From: Macrostomum lignano
Lineage: Eukaryota
Assembly (NCBI GenBank): GCA_002269645.1
Contig: NIVC01002533.1
Location: 1-64,000 of the forward strand
Direction: 5' to 3'
DNA length: 64,000 nt
Part shown: positions 58,005 to 64,000 of the stretch, piece by piece
Layout: each line of letters opens with the position of its first letter
Numbering within the stretch: position 1 is the first letter of the stretch
Made by a program: the position numbers and the translations under genes
Notes under the pieces: model-generated
Databases searched by the model: none
What the model saw: the letters and a program-made list of their open reading frames with translations, nothing else
Told to the model about the DNA's origin: nothing

Positions 58005-58599
58005 AATGAAGCTGAACTTGTGCTAAACGGCTCTGTTTTGCTTCAAACTGCTTTCTGTCTGCGTAGCAATGGATAAATAATCAGCGGTCCCAGTGTCGTG
58101 CTGCGACCGCTGATTATTTGCATTGTTATGCTGCTTGATCATCCTACAAACAATGCATTGTTAGTAGTAATATATTGTTCTGCATAAAAATGTAAATAAT
58201 GATCGTCAAATTGCTAGACAATGAATGGAGGCTTCACGTGCGACAGATTTTGTAGCTATTTTGAGGAATTCGTGTAGAAAGACATCACCACAAGTTTCGA
58301 TTTTGAATTACAAAATGTACATTTCATGTATCTGAATTGCGTGTATCTGCAAGTTCAGCTTGTTTCATTTTTATATTTATTAGTCGATTTTCGTTGCAAA
58401 AATACTTTCGGCTCCTATCTGTGCAGCGAGAAAATTAAATATCATTTGCAGCTTACAATTGGAGGAGCATAATACGGCATGTGCATCTACTTGTACGAGT
58501 ACTATGTGAAATTATGTTGTGTATGAACGAGTATATAGTGTGCCAGGATTCCAAGAGTGAACTGAGTGTAAAAGTGTGAGTGTGAGAGAGACAGTGAGA

Positions 58600-58865
58600 A
58601 AGTGAGTGTGAGGGAGTGAGTGAAAAAGTGAATGAGTGAGTGAGTGTAAGAGAGTGAGTGTGAGAGAGTGAGTGAATGAGTGAGGGTGAGAGAGTGAGTG
58701 AATGAGTGAGGGTGAGAGAGTGAGGGTGAGAGAGTGAGGGTGAGAGAGTGAGGGTGAGAGAGTGAGGGTGAGAGAGTGAGGGTGAGAGAGTGAGAGTGAG
58801 AGATTGAGGGTGAGAGAGTGAGGGTGAGAGAGTGAGGGTGAGAGAGTGAGGGTGAGAGAGTGAGG
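58600..58865. repeat. 12-bp GAGAGTGAGGGT minisatellite (paralogue of 3740-3985)
   Basis: Direct reading. Confidence 0.9.
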
Positions 58866-60742
58866 GTTAGTTAAATTTCCAACACAATTCAATTTACAAT
58901 AAAATTCAACTTACAATAAATTTTTATTTCCAAAACAAATAAACATCTAAAACATTTCAATTTCATAATACAAAAACCGGCGGGTTTTTGTATTTTTGGG
59001 TCCAGTTGGTTTTCAAACCTTCACCAGTCACATGAGCAAAAGTGCCTGTCGTGGGCGAAGTTTTAAGGGCACTTCTTCTAATCCAGCCATTGGCCGATGT
59101 CAGGGACTCTGTCCGAGATATCAATAATTGAATAGCGACGCATGCAGGAGGGGGGATATTTCTGCGTATGGGAATTCTTAATCACTTTGATTATTTATAA
59201 AACATAAAATACAGGGACATACATACAACAAAACAATTTTTATGGAAGCAATCATGCTAGCTACTGGCTCCGGTTTAAGACGGGTTTTAAGATCAGAAAG
59301 CCAAATTCATATAGAGAGAAATAGCTATAGCTAGCTAATTAGGAAATATAGGAATTCAGCACTTGCTTATTAATAATAACGCTGAAGTGCTTGATAAAAT
59401 GTCCATAATTGGGTCATTTTGGGATATTTATAAATTGAATAACATAGGAGAGTTCCGCCTCCGCCAGCGTACGCCACTATAGCTATATACATTCAATATC
59501 GAGCAAAATATTATTTAAACATATTGTGACCAACATAGCTGAATCCCACACATAAACAAACCCAAACAAAGGAGAATATCGTAAAACCTAAGTTAAATCT
59601 ATTAGTTAATATTTGATAATGCAAGGCTTAGCTATGGTGAGGAAACTCAAGGGGTCAGGTAAGGGTGAACTATTAAGATACCAGTAAAGCTAAATAACAA
59701 TTAATAACAACTAATTCACTAGGATTAGCAATTTGATTCCATTAGCTACACGAAAACGAAGCACAAAAAAGCCCACAGGAAAGCAAATTCACTTGGTTAA
59801 ACTGAGTATCGATGAAATGAGAAATATGATTAAGGATCATGCTAAAGCAAATGAATGTAACAAAAAATAGAGATATCAATATCAATTTAAAGCCAAAAAC
59901 TGACTTCAAACTTAAAACAGGGTTTAATCATGGAGGAAAGAATCTATTCATGGCTTTAATATGTTATCAAATAATTCTTCATAGGTTTCGACAGTTCTCA
60001 AAAAAATCAGGCAAAGGAAAATGTGAGGAATAATTCATATGCGTTAATACCTGATAAGTTAGAGAAAATAACAATATTTTAACTCACTTCTAAATTAATA
60101 CTCTGTAACCATTATTTAGTAGTAAAATCGATTTAACTAATAAAACAAAAAGGATAAAAAAAATCACCATTTAAAAGTCAACTTCAGTAGCATTTATTGG
60201 TATCCCACAGAATGCAACTACTCGTATTACTACGAGTAACACAAACAGGATTAGCTAGCAATGCCAATAAACTGATCAGCATTTAAAGGTTCTATTTATC
60301 AGCATTTTGCAGTAGCTACGAGTATATATAAACCACAGAAAATACACAGAAAAGTTAGTCAGCTCTCTCGCACAGAACCTGCTGATGTAGCAAGTTTGCT
60401 TTATACCTCTTTGATTAGGAGACATGCTTATACCACGAGCTAACAAAGAATAGCAGTTGAAGTCGCATGGTGGTTTACCAATAGCTATAACAATTATATA
60501 AGTTTTCTAACAAATTTACTAGAATACTCGCAATTTTACGATGTAGCTATCTCATCCTTGATTTTCAAAAGAAATAATTTCGAACTCACTTGTTTCAAGC
60601 CAGTTTAAAGCTAGTTTTAGTAACCAACTCAAACAACCAACCATTCCATGCATTATTCTGTGGTACACCATGACATTGACAATATTAACAACAGAAACCT
60701 CCAGAACAAGATACCGTCTGTTGCCTTGCCTATGGCCTAAAA

Positions 60743-63103
60743 TTACCTTCTTAACTTAAAAATGTTGGCTATTGCCCCAAAAAAGACAGCACGCCTTGTA
60801 CGAACACAATTTGACAGTCGATCAAAAACAAGCTTGCACTGAAATTGTTCGCAGATTGATAAAACAGACCGACGTGAGCTATCTCTGTCAGTAAGACAGT
60901 CTGGTCCGAGCTCGTTCACCAGCCACTCGAGTGCTGAGCTGCTCACAGCATTGAAAGCAGCACAGTGCACTGCTGTCATGTTCTTCCATCCTCTCAGCTT
61001 GAAACACTCGACTCCATTCATCTTCTCTTTGATGAACTGCATTGATTCCGCCTTCTGGAACTCAGCCGCAATGTGGATGACTGTGTCATTGCCTGCATCT
61101 CTGTCAGTGAGACAGTCTGGTCCAAGCTCGTTCACCAGCCACTCGAGTGCTGAGCTGCTCACAGTATTTCCAGCAGCACGGTGCACTGCAGTCATGTTGC
61201 CACAATCTCTCAGCTTAAAACACTCGAGTCCATTCATCTTTTCTTTGATGAACTGCATTGATTCCGTCTTCTGGAATGTGGCCGCAATGTGGATGACCGT
61301 CAAGTTATCTGCATCTTTATCAATGAGACAGTCTGGTCCGAGCTCGTTCACCAGCCACTCGAGTGCTGAGCTGCTCACAGTATTTCCAGCAGCACAGTGC
61401 ACTGCAGTGTTTTTGTTCCATCCTCTGAGCTTGAAACACTCGACTCCATTCATCTTCTGTTTGATGAACTGCATTGATTCTGCCTTCTGGACCTCAGCCG
61501 CAAGGTGGATGGATGTTTCATTGATTGCATTTCTCTCAGTGAGACAACCTCGTCCGAGCTCGTTCACCAGCCACTCGAGTGCTGAGCTGCTCACTTTGTT
61601 GCAAGCAGCCCAGTGCACTGCAGTCGTGTTGCAACTTCCTCTCAGCTTGAAACACTCGACTCCATTCATCTTCTCTTTGATGAACTGCATTGATTCCACC
61701 TTTTGGAACTCAGCCGCAATATGGATGACTGTGTTATTGTTAGCAGCTCTGTCAGTGAGACAGTCTTGTCCGAGCTCGTTTACCAGCCACTCGAGTGCTG
61801 AGCTGCTCACTTTGTTGCAAGCAGCACAGTGCACTGCAGTCTTGTTTTGCCTTCCTCTCAGCTTGAAACACTCGACTCCATTCATCTTCTCTTTGATGAA
61901 CTGCATTGATTCCGCCTTCTGGAACTCAGCCGCAAGGTGGATGACTGTGTCATTAAATTGATCTCTGTCAGTGAGACAGTCTGGTCCGAGCTCGTTCACC
62001 AGCCACTCGAGTGCTGAGCTGCTCATTTTATTGCAAGCAGCACAGTGCACTGCAGTCCTGTTGTTGAATCCTCTAAACTTGAAACACTCGACTCCATTCA
62101 TCTTCTCTTTGATGAACTGCATTGATTCCGTCTTCTGGAATATGGCCGCAATGTGGATGACTGTGTTATTGTTAGCATCTCTGTCAGTGAGACAGTCTGG
62201 TTCGAGCTCGTTCACCAGCCACTCGAGTGCTGAGCTGCTCACAGCATTGCAAGCAGCACAGTGCACTGCAGTCATGTTTTGCATTCCTCTCAGCATGAAA
62301 CACTCGACTCCATTCATCTTCTCTTTGATGAACTGCATTGATTCCGCCTTCTGGACCTCAGCCGCAAGGTGGATGGCTGTTTCATTGATTGCATCTCTGT
62401 CAGTGAGACAGTCTGGTCCAAGCTCGTTCACCAGCCACTCGAGTGCTGAGCTGCTCACAGCATTGCAGGCAGCACAGTGCACTGCAGTCCTGTTGTTGAA
62501 TCCTCTAAACTTGAAACACTCGACTCCATTCATCTTCTCTTTGATGAACTGCATTGATTCCGCCTTCTGGAACTCAGCCGCAATGTGGATGACTGTGTTA
62601 TTGTCTGCATCTTTGTCAGTGAGACAGTCTGCCTCGAGTTCGAAGATCAGCCATTGGAATGTCGATCCATTATCTGTGTGATTCTCAGCTGCCCTATGCA
62701 TCACTGTTTTCTGCCTGCTATCTCTTGCTTCGAATGGGTTCCAGTCCACTTCTGCTGCCTGCAGCAGATGTTTCAAGAACTCCATTGTCTCCGCAGTCTG
62801 ACTCTTCGCTGCCAGGTGAGTCACCGAGTCGCCATCGCTGTCAATCAGCCGAAATATGTCGACCCCGTGCCCCATCTCCAGTAATCGAAGAACCGGCAGT
62901 CCGTCTCTGTCCCGAGCTGCAGCAAAAATGACGCCTTTGGCGAAGTCTTCTCCAGGTCCGACGATGTTCTCGGACACCTGGAACAGCAGATCATCAGTCA
63001 GCCGTTCGTCTCCGGCTGCTACCGCCTGCTTGATCTGCCTGTAAAGAGTCTGGGACGACTGGGAGGCCTCATATTCGCTGGGCTCGCTGGGACTCAGAGC
63101 TCT
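60743..63103 (-). CDS. Ankyrin-repeat gene copy Ank4, main exon; 8 x 72-aa units; long C-tail
   Basis: Uninterrupted ORF 60743-62977 (744 aa = 117 + 8x72 + 51), open back to the GCATTTCAG acceptor at 63103. Putative exon 1 at 63215-63289 (MIAENSCSATFQSHSTALKTEQSRN). Confidence 0.92.
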   Translation of the reverse strand, partial: RALSPSEPSEYEASQSSQTLYRQIKQAVAAGDERLTDDLLFQVSENIVGPGEDFAKGVIFAAARDRDGLPVLRLLEMGHGVDIFRLIDSDGDSVTHLAAKSQTAETMEFLKHLLQAAEVDWNPFEARDSRQKTVMHRAAENHTDNGSTFQWLIFELEADCLTDKDADNNTVIHIAAEFQKAESMQFIKEKMNGVECFKFRGFNNRTAVHCAACNAVSSSALEWLVNELGPDCLTDRDAINETAIHLAAEVQKAESMQFIKEKMNGVECFMLRGMQNMTAVHCAACNAVSSSALEWLVNELEPDCLTDRDANNNTVIHIAAIFQKTESMQFIKEKMNGVECFKFRGFNNRTAVHCAACNKMSSSALEWLVNELGPDCLTDRDQFNDTVIHLAAEFQKAESMQFIKEKMNGVECFKLRGRQNKTAVHCAACNKVSSSALEWLVNELGQDCLTDRAANNNTVIHIAAEFQKVESMQFIKEKMNGVECFKLRGSCNTTAVHWAACNKVSSSALEWLVNELGRGCLTERNAINETSIHLAAEVQKAESMQFIKQKMNGVECFKLRGWNKNTAVHCAAGNTVSSSALEWLVNELGPDCLIDKDADNLTVIHIAATFQKTESMQFIKEKMNGLECFKLRDCGNMTAVHRAAGNTVSSSALEWLVNELGPDCLTDRDAGNDTVIHIAAEFQKAESMQFIKEKMNGVECFKLRGWKNMTAVHCAAFNAVSSSALEWLVNELGPDCLTDRDSSRRSVLSICEQFQCKLVFDRLSNCVRTRRAVFFGAIANIFKLRR

Positions 63104-64000
63104 CTGAAATGCGGATGGGGTAGATTGTTATATTTAGAGGGTATGTTGTAGCGTATAAAATTGGCAGTGAAGCTCGGGGATATATTAGTAAATTACAGAG
63201 GGCAAAATAGAAACGTTTCGGCTTTGTTCGGTCTTCAGTGCCGTGCTATGTGACTGAAAGGTTGCAGAGCAGCTGTTTTCCGCTATCATGTCGATGAGCA
63301 TTGCTGCGGACTTGTCTGTGCTGTTTTGTTGAGGGCATTCGTCAACCAAAACGCATCTAGCTGGAGAATTTGACATTTGCTCGGGTAGCTAATGAAGGTT
63401 GTGTTGCTGCCTGCCATTACTCCTTGTTAGGTCATTAACAAGGAACTCTATTGCAACGCCGAACTGACTCGTTAAAGCGATATTATTAAGTGTGCAGGAA
63501 TGTTATTGCTGTACTCCTGTCAAATGTGAATGTTTCGAATTCACCAGAGTAACAACCGAATTCGCAAGCCGACGGGCAGTAAAAGTGCATGGCAGAATGC
63601 GCGATTGCAGTGCGGAGCACCGATGCTGATAGTGAAGTCTGCTTGCTGTTCGATCATTGACCCCTAGTTCTTGACTCAGTGACAAAGAGGCTGCCGCAGC
63701 GCTACTGCCGCCCATAACTGCACTGCGCTAGGCGGAATCGTGGAGGTGCCGAATAACTGCTGCTAGAGCGTGCCAGAGCATCTGGTTTCCGCTATCATGG
63801 CAATGGCGAGTAATGTTGTTGTGTCAAGAGTAGACGATATGTGGAACTCATTTGACGTATCCTCTCGGTTGCTCCAGGGTGATTGAGTTCGAGTCTGCTT
63901 GCGTCTGTATCTGTCAGGGTTGCTGCCTGGGTGCTGAGGACCGACTTTCCTGCCAATGATGAAGGATTTTTGAGACCTTTCTTTGTTCGGCATTTGTCGT

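Overview
Eukaryotic, repeat-rich animal DNA with spliceosomal introns and LINEs, PLEs and DNA transposons. It looks like an invertebrate such as a Macrostomum-type flatworm, but that is inference only. No prokaryotic features, rRNA, tRNA or CRISPR were found. The backbone is a head-to-tail cluster of four minus-strand ankyrin-repeat genes (Ank1 5848-8413, Ank2 28394-30259, Ank3 41614-43695, Ank4 60743-63103). Each has a large exon with 9, 6, 7 and 8 copies of a 216-bp (72-aa, two-ankyrin) unit. The scaffold of the unit is nearly invariant, while variation concentrates at the beta-hairpin tip and helix-1 positions, the same positions randomised in DARPins. The four genes are mosaics of shared 5' and 3' halves inside segmental duplications (1-8.4k with 55.3-63.1k; 8.4-12.2k with 43.7-48.7k; 23.4-28.4k with 37.5-41.6k). 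This suggests a recombination-diversified binder or receptor family. The intervening DNA contains RTE LINEs (one nested in another), an R1/LOA-like LINE with RNase H, and Harbinger and BEL/Pao remnants. It also holds a hAT MITE, a P-superfamily element with 104-bp TIRs, a Penelope-like element with unusual domain order, a Crypton-like tyrosine-recombinase derivative with a 35-bp terminal hairpin, and many micro- and minisatellites.
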